NCBI GenBank assembly: GCA_000146465.1
Contig: CP001944.1
Strand: one strand, 5' to 3'
Length of the DNA stretch: 64,000 nt
Below the pieces are notes generated by a model. That model was not told the origin of the DNA. It saw only the letters and a program-made list of their open reading frames with translations, and searched no databases. The translations under genes and the position numbers were made by a program. Shown here piece by piece: positions 1-9,297 of the stretch. The stretch's first letter is position 1, and every line of letters starts with the position of its first letter.

Positions 1-1
1 C

Positions 2-499
2 AAGGGTTGTGTTGAGCTTGTTTCAAAGAGAATTGGGGGAGTCAGTGGAGATGCTCGAAAGGTAAGGGATGTGATTGAGAGGGTTAAAGAAAGTGAGAGG
101 GGGAGTGAGGCAGGGATATTAGATGTGGACGATATTATGAGAAAAATGTATGTTCCTGTATACACCTACTACCTTCAAAACCTGTCTTCTTATCAAAAAA
201 CCATTATATTTCTGGTTAGCGGAAGCGAGCAGGACAGAATGAAAACCAATGAACTTTACGATGAGTTTGTCTCTTTCTGCAGAAGATCTGGAATGAAAGA
301 AGTGGGGTTTTTTGAGTACTTGGATCTCCTCGAGGTGTTAGTGGACTACGGGCTCCTTGGAGTTAGGAGCTTGGGGAAAGAGATTCAATGTATGGTTCTG
401 CGGGAGGAGGTTGAAAAGAGCCTTGGGTCGGACAAGGAGTATCTGGAAATAACCGGGAGGGCGGGGAGTAGAAGATGTTTTTTGAAGAACTCTGGTTAA
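2..499 (+). CDS. Orc1/Cdc6-like AAA+ replication initiator, C-terminal part (5' end cut by window edge)
   Basis: Reading frame is open from nt 2. 'GDARKVRDVIERV' (Cdc6/Orc1 lid motif) is followed by a winged-helix-like C-terminus; stop at 497-499. Confidence 0.45.
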   Translation, partial: KGCVELVSKRIGGVSGDARKVRDVIERVKESERGSEAGILDVDDIMRKMYVPVYTYYLQNLSSYQKTIIFLVSGSEQDRMKTNELYDEFVSFCRRSGMKEVGFFEYLDLLEVLVDYGLLGVRSLGKEIQCMVLREEVEKSLGSDKEYLEITGRAGSRRCFLKNSG

Positions 500-524
500 A
501 ATCCGAAGAGAGAAGACCCATCAA

Positions 525-1007
525 ATGGATCAAAAACTCAAGCACTTTCTTGACAACTCGAACTTCCGAAGAGACAGGAGAAACAAGAAAAAGAAAGTTG
601 AGACGTCTGGGGGAAAGAGAGAAGCAGGACAGGAGGAGATCTTGATGATTAAGAACGGGCAGATTGTTGTCAATGATGCAAACATGTATGTGGACACACA
701 TCGGGATGTGGAGATGGAGGTGATGGAAGACGACCGGATTGTGACATCCTCGACCTTTAGCAAGAAGAAAGGAGCACTAAGGTGGAGCAAAAAAGAGATA
801 GAGCTGTTTTATAAGGCGTTAGAAATCTGTGGGATTGAATTTTCATTAATAAGCTCCCTTTTTCCGAACAAGGAGAGAAAGCACATCAAAGCGAAGTACA
901 TAAAGGAAGCGAAGGTCAACCCCGAGAGGATCAACGAGGTACTGAACGAGTATAAAACATTTGATCAGGTGGCATACAACAAGCTCCGAAGCTATCTTCT
1001 TGAGTGA
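525..1007 (+). CDS. TFIIIB B-double-prime (Bdp1)-like SANT/Myb-domain protein
   Basis: 'RWSKKEIELFYKALEICGIEFSLISSLFPNKERKHIKAKYIKEAKVNP' matches the extended SANT domain of Bdp1; basic N-terminus; CCC motif before the ATG. Confidence 0.45.
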   Translation: MDQKLKHFLDNSNFRRDRRNKKKKVETSGGKREAGQEEILMIKNGQIVVNDANMYVDTHRDVEMEVMEDDRIVTSSTFSKKKGALRWSKKEIELFYKALEICGIEFSLISSLFPNKERKHIKAKYIKEAKVNPERINEVLNEYKTFDQVAYNKLRSYLLE

Positions 1008-1044
1008 AAAAGTTTAATAAATCTGTTCTATCCTCCTATAGGGT

Positions 1045-1734
1045 TTAGAGTAACTTATCCTTGGCAGTTGATGAGTGGATCTTTGCATTGATGATCCTGG
1101 AGATCTGAAGGAACAGCTTGTAATAAGCAAAGACAAGTAAGGTTGCAGCAGCAACCAAGGCCATTCTCATCGATATCGACATATATCCTAGAAAAGGGTA
1201 CACCCAGGAGTTGTTGAGTCTTTGGAAGTAATGGATTACCATAAAGTAGACAAACCCAAAGATGGCAAAGGTCCAGTAATGTCTTCTTGCTCCATAGATA
1301 TTGACGCCTACTTGATCTATCAGAAGGAGAATAAATGGGAACAGATGGATGGACATCTCCGATATTAGCGGAGTCCTAACACCTGCCATATAAAGATCCT
1401 TATTCTTGAGAAGTGTCGGATCTATGGCATTAAGTGTCCAGAATACTGTTGTCACTAGTCCCTCCAGAGGAAGAGTAATGGAAAGAAAGTCTCTGTACAC
1501 CTCTTTAATTCTTGAGGCTCCAAAATGTTTTACGCAGTAACTTAGAGACAACGTCATTATTGTCATGTAAAGACTTATCTGGGTGATATAAATGTGGCTT
1601 CTTCCAGCAAGCTTGTCGATGAACTTCACCCACTCCTTTGGCTGGGAGTAGTCTGTTGCCCCGTAGATACAAAGTACGAAGAGGATTATCTTGAAGATTT
1701 CCTTTGAAGCCAAAAGACGGCTAGAACTTTCCAT
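1045..1734 (-). CDS. AIG1/FAR-17a family multi-pass membrane protein, tandem copy 1
   Basis: 'HLFPFILLLID' and 'WVYPFLGY' resemble the conserved AIG1/ADTRP motifs (TVLPFILIE ... WVYPFLE). ORF-track start at 1779 is TTG; first ATG (MESSS...) is at 1734 and gives 229 aa. Confidence 0.6.
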   Translation of the reverse strand: MESSSRLLASKEIFKIILFVLCIYGATDYSQPKEWVKFIDKLAGRSHIYITQISLYMTIMTLSLSYCVKHFGASRIKEVYRDFLSITLPLEGLVTTVFWTLNAIDPTLLKNKDLYMAGVRTPLISEMSIHLFPFILLLIDQVGVNIYGARRHYWTFAIFGFVYFMVIHYFQRLNNSWVYPFLGYMSISMRMALVAAATLLVFAYYKLFLQISRIINAKIHSSTAKDKLL

Positions 1735-1836
1735 AAGATTATGTGGCTTTGAAGGATAAAAAGAATCTAGGAGTAACAAACTTTTAATGTATCAATGAAA
1801 TGAGGAGATGTGATAATCAATGGGTCCCCGACCAAT

Positions 1837-2526
1837 TCAAAAGGATCTATTATCCTCTTTCACTGGCTCATACTTCCCATGAACCAAATCGTTAACTCCA
1901 AGAAGGCCTAAGTAACATCCAGTACCGATAAGACATGCCATAAAAATGAAGAGTATCCTCCCAATAGTGTTCATTTTCTTGAAAATTGGATAGGGCCACT
2001 TGCCATCTACCGTGTAGAAGTACCAGGTTTCTAGGAAGTATAGAATGCCGAATCCAAATACAAAGGAAATGCATCTCTTCCGTTTTTTTAGCCTCACATC
2101 TATTTGGCATATCAGTAGGAGGAGAAGAGGAAACAAATGCTGGGAGAGCTCTGTTAATAAGCTTTCCTGGATTCCCTCACTATAAAGTTTCCTACTTTTC
2201 AGGAGAGTTGGGTTAATGAAGTACAAAATCCAAAACAGTAAGGTCACTATGCCCTCTAAGGAGAAGGAAAGAGCCAGCAAGTCTTTGTAAGTGGTTTCCA
2301 AACTCTTTCCGACTTTGGTTCTTGTGAGATACCCGATAACTGTTGTAATGATGGTTAAATACAGCGATAGTACAGTAAGGTATACAAATTTTCCCCCAGA
2401 AGTTCGATTTATAGACTGAACTACTTGTTCCGGTAAGGCATAGTCCAACGTCCCGTACACACAAAAGCCCAGAAGTGTTACTTTCAATATCTCTTTTAGC
2501 ATCCTTTTTATCTTTTCCTTTTCCAT
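1837..2526 (-). CDS. AIG1/FAR-17a family multi-pass membrane protein, tandem copy 2
   Basis: Paralogue of the previous gene, with conserved blocks 'TLLKSRKLY...HLFPLLLLLICQ' and 'WPYPIF'. ORF-track start at 2655 is TTG; the ATG at 2526 is preceded by 'cgtcccctt' and also gives 229 aa. Confidence 0.6.
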   Translation of the reverse strand: MEKEKIKRMLKEILKVTLLGFCVYGTLDYALPEQVVQSINRTSGGKFVYLTVLSLYLTIITTVIGYLTRTKVGKSLETTYKDLLALSFSLEGIVTLLFWILYFINPTLLKSRKLYSEGIQESLLTELSQHLFPLLLLLICQIDVRLKKRKRCISFVFGFGILYFLETWYFYTVDGKWPYPIFKKMNTIGRILFIFMACLIGTGCYLGLLGVNDLVHGKYEPVKEDNRSF

Positions 2527-2685
2527 AAGGGGACGTTGTAAAACTCGAAAAATAATTAAAGCAAAGAGGGTGTGGGGATCTTTTTGTTTTGAATTTTGGA
2601 AGAGGGCGAGTAGGGATTCCTTTGGAGAGATGTTGATGGGGCCCGGATAAAACAATAAAAAAGAAGCCCTTCCAAACCTCTGGAA

Positions 2686-3156
2686 ATGTTAAAGATCTAT
2701 GAGGATATAATCAATGAGGTTATATCCAGGCTTGAGCATGCCGAGGACGAGGCCAGCATTAGTAAGTCTGCTATCCATGAACTCCGAAACGAGTGGAGGG
2801 AAAGGCTTATTGAGTACACACAAGGGGAATGGGACGAGGACAGGATTGTTCAGAGAGGCGGAGAACAGGGATATCGGCACGTAAGGCCTTCAGAAGGGTC
2901 TGGAAGTGTTTTTGGGGGGAATCCCACGATGGAGAAGGAGCCTGGGATGTTTGAGGACTACGAGAGCTTGAGCGGATCGAGTGGAGACTCGGAGATAATA
3001 GGAAAGAAGGTTACCGCTGGGAACTGTATGGTCTGTCTGTATGTGAAGGTCAACATGTCAAAGGGGAAGTGGAAGTGTACATTTAAGCAGGGTTTTATCA
3101 GCATAGGGAAGATAGACTTTGTGTTTAACTCCGCCCAGGGGGAGCTTGAGTGGTGA
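2686..3156 (+). CDS. TOA1: Transcription factor TFIIA large subunit (Toa1-like)
   Basis: N-terminal 'YEDIINEVISRL...ELRNEWRERL' matches the TFIIA-L four-helix region, and C-terminal 'CMVCLYVKV...KGKWKCTFKQGFISIGKIDFVFNSAQGELEW' matches the TFIIA-L beta-barrel signature. 'cctctggaaATG' start motif. Confidence 0.65.
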   Translation: MLKIYEDIINEVISRLEHAEDEASISKSAIHELRNEWRERLIEYTQGEWDEDRIVQRGGEQGYRHVRPSEGSGSVFGGNPTMEKEPGMFEDYESLSGSSGDSEIIGKKVTAGNCMVCLYVKVNMSKGKWKCTFKQGFISIGKIDFVFNSAQGELEW

Positions 3157-3220
3157 AGAGATTTTATTTAATAAAGGATCCCTGTATATTTGGTAAACGT
3201 TTGAGAAGTTGGCAGGATAA

Positions 3221-3232
3221 GCCCTGGAAATG
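3221..3232 (+). promoter_or_regulatory. Start-proximal CCC motif 'gccctggaaATG' (FEN1)
   Basis: Exact 'CCCTGGAA' directly abutting the initiator ATG; one member of a recurring set (see findings). Confidence 0.55.
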
Positions 3233-4267
3233 GGGATCAAGCAGTTATCCAAGCTCCTGAAAGAGAATTGTGCGAAAGGAATTAAAGAAAGGCCTTTGGC
3301 ATACTACTCGTCGAAGAGAATAGCAATTGACGCTTCGATGTCGATGTACCAGTTTCTGATAGCTGTTAGATCTGATGGATCATCACTGGGAAACGAAGAC
3401 TCCCCAACATCGCATCTTGTAGGATTTTTCTACAGGACTATCCGGATGGTGGAGCTAGGAATAATACCTGTGTATGTATTTGATGGAGTACCTCCCGAGG
3501 TTAAGATGAAGGAGCTAGAGAAAAGAAGCGAAAGAAGAGCAGCAGCTGATAAAGAGTACAAAGAGGCGTCTGAAATGGGGGACAAGAAGCTTATGGAGAT
3601 GTACGACAAGAGAAAGACAAAGGTGACTGGGATGCATGTTGAGGAGTGCAAGAGACTTCTTGGGCTGATGGGGATACCGTTTGAAACAGCACCCAGCGAG
3701 GCAGAGGCATACTGTGCTTTCCTATGCAAGAAGAAGGCTGTGTACGGTGTTGCAACAGAGGACATGGATGCTCTGACATTTGGGTCACCTGTGGTGTTGA
3801 GAAACTTCAGTGGCTCCCAGAGCAGAAAGCTTCCTATTGTAGAATACAACCTCCCGGAGCTATTGGAAAGCCTTTCCTTGGAGCACGAAGAGTTTATTGA
3901 CTTGTGCATTCTCCTCGGATGTGATTACTGTGGCACATTGAAAGGAATAGGGCCTAAGAGAGCACTGGGGTTGATTAAAAAGCATGGGGGCATTGAGAAG
4001 ATTCTCCAGAGCGAGAATTTGGAGGTTCCCGACGGCTGGAGATATAGGGATGCCCAGAGGATATTTGGAAGTCTTCCGGAAATTGGAGATGCAAGAGAGT
4101 TTAATATTTCATGGGGGTCGATAGACAGAAATGGGATTGTGAGCTTCCTTGTTGAAGAGAAGGGATTTGACTTGGAAAGAGTCAACAGAGGGATTGAAAA
4201 GCTTGTGAACTCTCGAAAGAAAGGGGTCCAAGGGCGTCTAGATGGGTTCATAGCAAGGAGCAGGTGA
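3230..4267 (+). CDS. FEN1: Flap endonuclease 1
   Basis: 'MGIKQLSKLL...IAIDASMSMYQFLIAVR...TSHLVGFFYRTIRMVELGIIPVYVFDG' is near-canonical FEN1/Rad27. 'gccctggaaATG' start motif. Confidence 0.9.
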   Translation: MGIKQLSKLLKENCAKGIKERPLAYYSSKRIAIDASMSMYQFLIAVRSDGSSLGNEDSPTSHLVGFFYRTIRMVELGIIPVYVFDGVPPEVKMKELEKRSERRAAADKEYKEASEMGDKKLMEMYDKRKTKVTGMHVEECKRLLGLMGIPFETAPSEAEAYCAFLCKKKAVYGVATEDMDALTFGSPVVLRNFSGSQSRKLPIVEYNLPELLESLSLEHEEFIDLCILLGCDYCGTLKGIGPKRALGLIKKHGGIEKILQSENLEVPDGWRYRDAQRIFGSLPEIGDAREFNISWGSIDRNGIVSFLVEEKGFDLERVNRGIEKLVNSRKKGVQGRLDGFIARSR

Positions 4268-4281
4268 GTCTTCTATGGCAG

Positions 4282-5133
4282 TTACAGGTTTTTATACATC
4301 AAGTTCCTCAGATACAATGGCCTACAACCAGACACGTGCTTTTTGAAGCTGGACATATCCACAAGTAGAACACCCTCCCTGTCTATGAGACCGAAGTCAA
4401 GAATGTCAAGGAAGTAAAATAGGATTTCCATGTTAGTTACTCCCCTGAGCTCGTTGGCATCTGATGTAAAGGCCCGAAACTCTGGCACACAGCTGATATA
4501 CTTTATTCTTCTTTTGAATGCCATCATTGTAAGGGCCACATGGACAGGGTTCAGTAAGGAGTATAGAGTTTCTATGGAGTATTCTGGAATGGAGTACTTT
4601 TTCAAGACTATTTTCTTCAACAGAACTGAAATGCTTGGATCGATATTGTATTGTCTCTGGATTTCTTCTTCATTGTCTGTGGCGGCAAGTTGCATATGCA
4701 GAGTTCTGTATAGCTCAAAAGGAAGAAAACCTGTGAAAAATATCCGGTGATTGAATCTTGACTTGATACGCCTTTCCAGTCTGTCCAGAGAAGTGCACGA
4801 GTTCGATACAAGAAGCAGGCAGCAGGGATGGGTCCTGGTCTTTTCAAGATAATGGTATACGTGCAGCTGACGGGAAATGGGCATTTCTCCCTCTATATCA
4901 ATAAAAAAAACCTTTCCGTCGGGACTTTCGTCTTTTGGAGTGGTTGGGAGGACTTTAACCACTGTTCTGCTTATCTTTTCTGCATGGCTCTTCACCACCC
5001 CAACGATTGCTTGAAGTATTTCTTGGTCTGGCCCACACAGGAGAAGATGCTCCCCATTTTTGTCAATCAGACGTGTTATCTCGCAGATGGTTTCCTTGAA
5101 GCACTCTCCGACAATCTTTGCTGTGCCATACAT
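4282..5133 (-). CDS. Origin recognition complex subunit 4-like (degenerate Walker A)
   Basis: 'VFFIDIEGEM' and 'LLLVSNSCTSLDRLERRIKSRFNHRIFF' match the ORC4 sensor region ([30 protein letters not shown]). The expected GKT P-loop reads 'LLLCGPDQEIL'. Confidence 0.45.
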   Translation of the reverse strand: MYGTAKIVGECFKETICEITRLIDKNGEHLLLCGPDQEILQAIVGVVKSHAEKISRTVVKVLPTTPKDESPDGKVFFIDIEGEMPISRQLHVYHYLEKTRTHPCCLLLVSNSCTSLDRLERRIKSRFNHRIFFTGFLPFELYRTLHMQLAATDNEEEIQRQYNIDPSISVLLKKIVLKKYSIPEYSIETLYSLLNPVHVALTMMAFKRRIKYISCVPEFRAFTSDANELRGVTNMEILFYFLDILDFGLIDREGVLLVDMSSFKKHVSGCRPLYLRNLMYKNL

Positions 5134-5170
5134 CGGGGACGCAAAAAGAGTTGGTCTTGAACAGAAAAAA

Positions 5171-5242
5171 TGCTAGATCCCGGGTTCGAACCGGGGACAC
5201 CTAGATCTTCAGTCTAGTGCTCTTCCACTGAGCTAATCCAGC
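5171..5242 (-). tRNA. tRNA-Phe (GAA)
   Basis: The reverse complement folds as a cloverleaf: acceptor GCTGGAT/ATCTAGC, anticodon stem CTAGA/TCTAG with loop CTGAAGA (anticodon GAA), T-arm CCCGG-TTCGAAC-CCGGG. No intron. Confidence 0.9.
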
Positions 5243-5317
5243 TATAAAGTCCATCCCACCAATACTTCCAGACTCTGCCCCCACATAATCATCGTTCTGT
5301 TTACCTTGAGCCCAGGA

Positions 5318-7453
5318 ATGGATCACGATCCCAACAACGCCTCTTTAAGAGATCTCCTCTCTTCCCCACACACAGATCTTCTTCAGATAATGCAGTACAT
5401 GCATGAACATCCATCTGTAGGCGTCTGGCAATACATATGCAGTAGAATTAGACATTCCAGTCCCCAGATTCGATACCTTCCTCAGCTTGTCCATGTGTTT
5501 CTCTACAACAAAGATAGAATGTCTAGCAAGCCAATGCACGCTCTCCTTAGTCACTGGGCTGGAAAAGATAGGGAGTTTTGCTGTGCACTATACTTCCATC
5601 TGAGAAGCGCTCTTGAAAGCAACAGCGACATAAGATCTATATCTTGCTACTTTCTGATCTGCGACATATTCGAGACCGAAAGAAAGAGGATGTGCCGGAA
5701 CACAAGGATCCTGGAGCTGCAGTATAGATACAAGACAAAAACCGGTAGAACCCTTGGAACACTTGTTGCAAGAAAGGGATATCCTCCCCTTCGAGGAATC
5801 CTCCTGTTCTTTGTGAAAGCCGTGTCATGGATGGTTCATCCAAGACTCTTTAAGAGAATCCATGATTATGAAGAAATGTTCCTGGAAACAAGAGAGGTAT
5901 GTAACATCAATGTGAAAAGGGATTTAAGATTTGGGAATGCATTCGATGGCCCCGGAGTAAGCTCAAGCATCTCGTTTCTCGAGTCCCTAGTTGAGATCCC
6001 AAGTAGGTTGAAGAAGCTCCCTCGGCACTTAAGGCAAAGAGGACTAGACATGGAGATCAAGCTTCTAAACCATAACCTGCCTGCAAAGGTATCTCTTCCA
6101 TTCCATTCGGGAAGGTTTGTGCTGACTGCTAGAGTCGAGGAATCGTTTCTACTAGATTCGGCAGAAAACTCTCCTTTTCTCGTTGTATTTGAGACTGCAC
6201 TAGAAGTGCCAAGAAGAAGTTGTGCAAAAGAGGAGATCAAAGATGCATTGTTTTTGAAGCAACAGCTGGACGCAGTCAATGGGCTTTCCTCTCTAAGCGA
6301 GATAAATGTTGTTAAGGAGAATGTGATGACCTCTATAGAAAAGATTCTGATGACCGAAAGATACGAAAATACTTCTCTTGAGAACTCTCCAAACTTGGAG
6401 GCTTGGAGAAGTGATGAAGAAAAAATAGACAAACATCTAGATGACATTCATGTTCAGCAGAAGATTTCTAAGAATTCTGTTGATGCAGGAATGCTTTTTA
6501 TGAACCATAGATCGTACTCTGCAGGACAGTTAGCAGAAGGAAATAGCTCCTTTGGAAAGAGCGAGGAGGAAAAGAAGCTTGGAGGCTCGGCAAGCTATAG
6601 GCGCCATAGCGGATGGATACTTAAGAAAGCTGAACTTAGAAGAACCTCTTTGTTCAATGATGTTGCTGGATGGACGGCAGAGTCCGTGATTGTAAAGACA
6701 GGAAACTCTCTAAGACAGGAGCTAATGGCCCACCAGGTTCTTCAAGAAATGAAGAAAATCTGGAGAAAAGAGAATAGTCCTATTTGGGTCCAAGCTTATC
6801 AGATCTACCTTGTAAGTGACACTAGTGGAATAATAGAGACGGTGGTGGATGCTTTGTCAATACACAAGATCAAGAAAAAGATGATGTCGGAAAATAAGAA
6901 TTACTCTCTGAAGAACTACTTCACAGAGTCCTTCGAGCCAAACAGCGAAAAGTACAGGAGCTGCTTGCGAAACTTCCTCTACTCTCTTGTGGGATACTCC
7001 CTAGCCACATACATTCTACAGGTCAAGGACAGACATAACGGAAACATAATGATTGATGGGCAAGGGCATATCATCCATGTTGACTTTGGATTTATAATGG
7101 GAAATCATCCGGGTTTCTACTGTGTCGAAGCAGCGCCATTCAAATTCTCAAAAGAGTATCTTGAGCTCCTCGAGGGTCTGATGGATGAGTTCAAGGACCT
7201 GTTTCTTCAGGGGTACATGGCACTGAGAAAGCACAGCAGCAGTCTTTTCAGGATCATGGAGACGATGCCAGGAAGCTCTAGTGTAGAGTGCTTCAACAGG
7301 AGAGAGCTTCAAAACTTCAAGGATAGGTTTCGGATGGATCTCAACGAGGAGAGGGTTGAGGAACACGTGACATACTTGATAAATAAGAGCCTTAACAGTA
7401 TGGGAACGGGGCTGTACGATTCCTACCAATACTTTTCATATGGATATCTTTAG
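5318..7453 (+). CDS. Phosphatidylinositol 4-kinase (Pik1/PI4KB-like)
   Basis: C-terminal catalytic motifs 'ILQVKDRHNGNIMIDGQGHIIHVDFGFI' and 'APFKFSKEY' are present. The ORF-track start at 5306 is TTG; the ATG at 5318 is preceded by 'gcccagga'. Confidence 0.8.
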   Translation: MDHDPNNASLRDLLSSPHTDLLQIMQYMHEHPSVGVWQYICSRIRHSSPQIRYLPQLVHVFLYNKDRMSSKPMHALLSHWAGKDREFCCALYFHLRSALESNSDIRSISCYFLICDIFETERKRMCRNTRILELQYRYKTKTGRTLGTLVARKGYPPLRGILLFFVKAVSWMVHPRLFKRIHDYEEMFLETREVCNINVKRDLRFGNAFDGPGVSSSISFLESLVEIPSRLKKLPRHLRQRGLDMEIKLLNHNLPAKVSLPFHSGRFVLTARVEESFLLDSAENSPFLVVFETALEVPRRSCAKEEIKDALFLKQQLDAVNGLSSLSEINVVKENVMTSIEKILMTERYENTSLENSPNLEAWRSDEEKIDKHLDDIHVQQKISKNSVDAGMLFMNHRSYSAGQLAEGNSSFGKSEEEKKLGGSASYRRHSGWILKKAELRRTSLFNDVAGWTAESVIVKTGNSLRQELMAHQVLQEMKKIWRKENSPIWVQAYQIYLVSDTSGIIETVVDALSIHKIKKKMMSENKNYSLKNYFTESFEPNSEKYRSCLRNFLYSLVGYSLATYILQVKDRHNGNIMIDGQGHIIHVDFGFIMGNHPGFYCVEAAPFKFSKEYLELLEGLMDEFKDLFLQGYMALRKHSSSLFRIMETMPGSSSVECFNRRELQNFKDRFRMDLNEERVEEHVTYLINKSLNSMGTGLYDSYQYFSYGYL

Positions 7454-7494
7454 ACAAGGATTAAACAACTTTTTGGACGAAGGGGATCTTTATT

Positions 7495-8328
7495 ATGTTG
7501 CTTAGAAGAGTTCGGCTACCAAACAAGCCGCTGGTGATATTGTCTTGGAAGAACTCTGTATACATTGGAGATGCCCACGGAGTTGTGTATGAGATGAAGC
7601 ATCCGTATATTGCTCCAGTGGCCATATTCCAATCTCCAGGACCGGTATCTGCGTTGGATGGAGCAGAATGCCTGTACTATGGGAATTGGGATGGAGACAT
7701 AGGAATAGTTGGCGGAGGAAAGATTAATCTGGGAAACCATATGGTGAAGTGCATGGTTGTTCACGGAGACACAGTGTATGCCTCGGTGGGTTTGATGGTA
7801 TATGGTCTAAGTCTTGAATTGAAGATAAAGTGTTCTTACGAGGTTAAGCACAAGGTTTTGTGTATGACTTCCTTCCAAGGGTCGGTCTATTGTGGCATGG
7901 GAGTGTCATTTCTATCACGCATTCATAATGGGCTTGAGATTGTTGGAAGGAGTTTGCATGATACCTCGATCTTTTGCATTTCAGGAGAGTATACCGGATC
8001 TGCAGACGGAAAAGTCCTAAAGCAGGATTACGATGAATTAGAGAATGCTAAAGAGATCTACAGAGGGAAAAACTGGATCAGATCAATGTACAACCAGCAT
8101 TTATTTTCTGATGGAAGAGATGTAATGGGTGACATTGATGGTCTGAAGGGAAGCTTGGGGAGCGGAGTAAAGCTCATGTATTCTCATGAAGAAGATGTGG
8201 TGGGAGTGGTTAGAGTAGGAGGCATGATTATCTCGATTGGACTGGACTACTGCTGCACCATCCTTGAAGTGGAGCCAAGCCTCAGCATGGAGGAAGAAAA
8301 GGAACTAGCGGAGCTTATGAACGGATAG
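7495..8328 (+). CDS. Hypothetical protein, possibly beta-propeller-like
   Basis: Complete 277-aa ORF with a G/V-rich repetitive beta-strand character; no diagnostic motif recognised. Confidence 0.3.
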   Translation: MLLRRVRLPNKPLVILSWKNSVYIGDAHGVVYEMKHPYIAPVAIFQSPGPVSALDGAECLYYGNWDGDIGIVGGGKINLGNHMVKCMVVHGDTVYASVGLMVYGLSLELKIKCSYEVKHKVLCMTSFQGSVYCGMGVSFLSRIHNGLEIVGRSLHDTSIFCISGEYTGSADGKVLKQDYDELENAKEIYRGKNWIRSMYNQHLFSDGRDVMGDIDGLKGSLGSGVKLMYSHEEDVVGVVRVGGMIISIGLDYCCTILEVEPSLSMEEEKELAELMNG

Positions 8329-8407
8329 GGTGTTCTGTTTAACAGAATGTGGAAGCCTATTTGTTATGACAATGCTTAAGGCCTAGGAAGTCGTAAACAA
8401 AGCCAAA

Positions 8408-8662
8408 ATGTTTCTGCCTCCTGAAGCAAACACAAGGGAGAGAAGAAGATTTGATCTGGACGACCTCCGGGTTTACTATCTAATATGTGAGGAGCTTGGG
8501 ATAGCTGAGGAGGAGCACATCCAAAAATCTTTCTATTACCTTATGAAATGGGCAGGGCAAGATAAGTTTGATGGAGAGGTGGGGCTTCTTAGGAATTACA
8601 TAATGAAGATTAGAAAAGAAAAGCAAAATAAGCCTGGTGAGTGGAGCATGCTAAGGATGTAA
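8408..8662 (+). CDS. Hypothetical small protein (84 aa)
   Basis: ORF in an otherwise unexplained gap; no domain recognised. Confidence 0.25.
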   Translation: MFLPPEANTRERRRFDLDDLRVYYLICEELGIAEEEHIQKSFYYLMKWAGQDKFDGEVGLLRNYIMKIRKEKQNKPGEWSMLRM

Positions 8663-8755
8663 GAGAAGATGCTCCTTATACCCTAAATAAAAAAATCCAG
8701 ATGGCTTCAGTCCTCCTTTCGCCAATTTGATTCCCCAATACTATTTTATTTATCA

Positions 8756-9265
8756 CTATCCACGAGTCTGGTAGACCATCAACAAGGCACATGAGAGAAC
8801 AACAATTATAACAAACTCTATCATGCCGAACAGAATGATCAGGATCGGCAGAAAAGAAGGCTTTTCCGATAGAATTCTGAATCCTCGTTTTCCAAGGGCC
8901 GAGCAGACCTTCCCGGATATGGCTGCCGTCATCCCTACCATCATACATGCCGAGAAGTATGAAATGCTCTTTCCCATGTCTAGCTTTTCATCGATGTTGG
9001 TCGCGATGATTAAGGCAACAAGGAAGCTGCTGAAAAATATTGTTGATATCATTATCATGATAAAGTATGTGGGCCCGAGTATGGATCTATTCTGACTGCA
9101 TAGAATCGATGCTGCTCCCGAGGAAACCATGCCTTCGCATGCACCATAAACTGCAAGGGCTATCTCAATGGCAAGGCCCAAGGAGACAATCGAGAGAGCT
9201 GTATCACTGTCACTGCCTGCCTCCATCGGAATGATGGGTCCCACCAACAAAAACATCAAATTCAT
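8756..9265 (-). CDS. V-type ATPase proteolipid subunit c (16 kDa), divergent
   Basis: Four hydrophobic helices. 'AVYGACEGMVSSGAASIL' aligns with 'AAYGTAKSGVGI', and 'SEKPSFLPILIILFGMIEFVIIVV' with '[20 protein letters not shown]', keeping the conserved membrane-embedded Glu. An alternative start at 9226 has a CCC motif. Confidence 0.55.
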   Translation of the reverse strand: MNLMFLLVGPIIPMEAGSDSDTALSIVSLGLAIEIALAVYGACEGMVSSGAASILCSQNRSILGPTYFIMIMISTIFFSSFLVALIIATNIDEKLDMGKSISYFSACMMVGMTAAISGKVCSALGKRGFRILSEKPSFLPILIILFGMIEFVIIVVLSCALLMVYQTRG

Positions 9266-9297
9266 TCACTTTGAAAACAAGATCCCCGACGCTTTCA

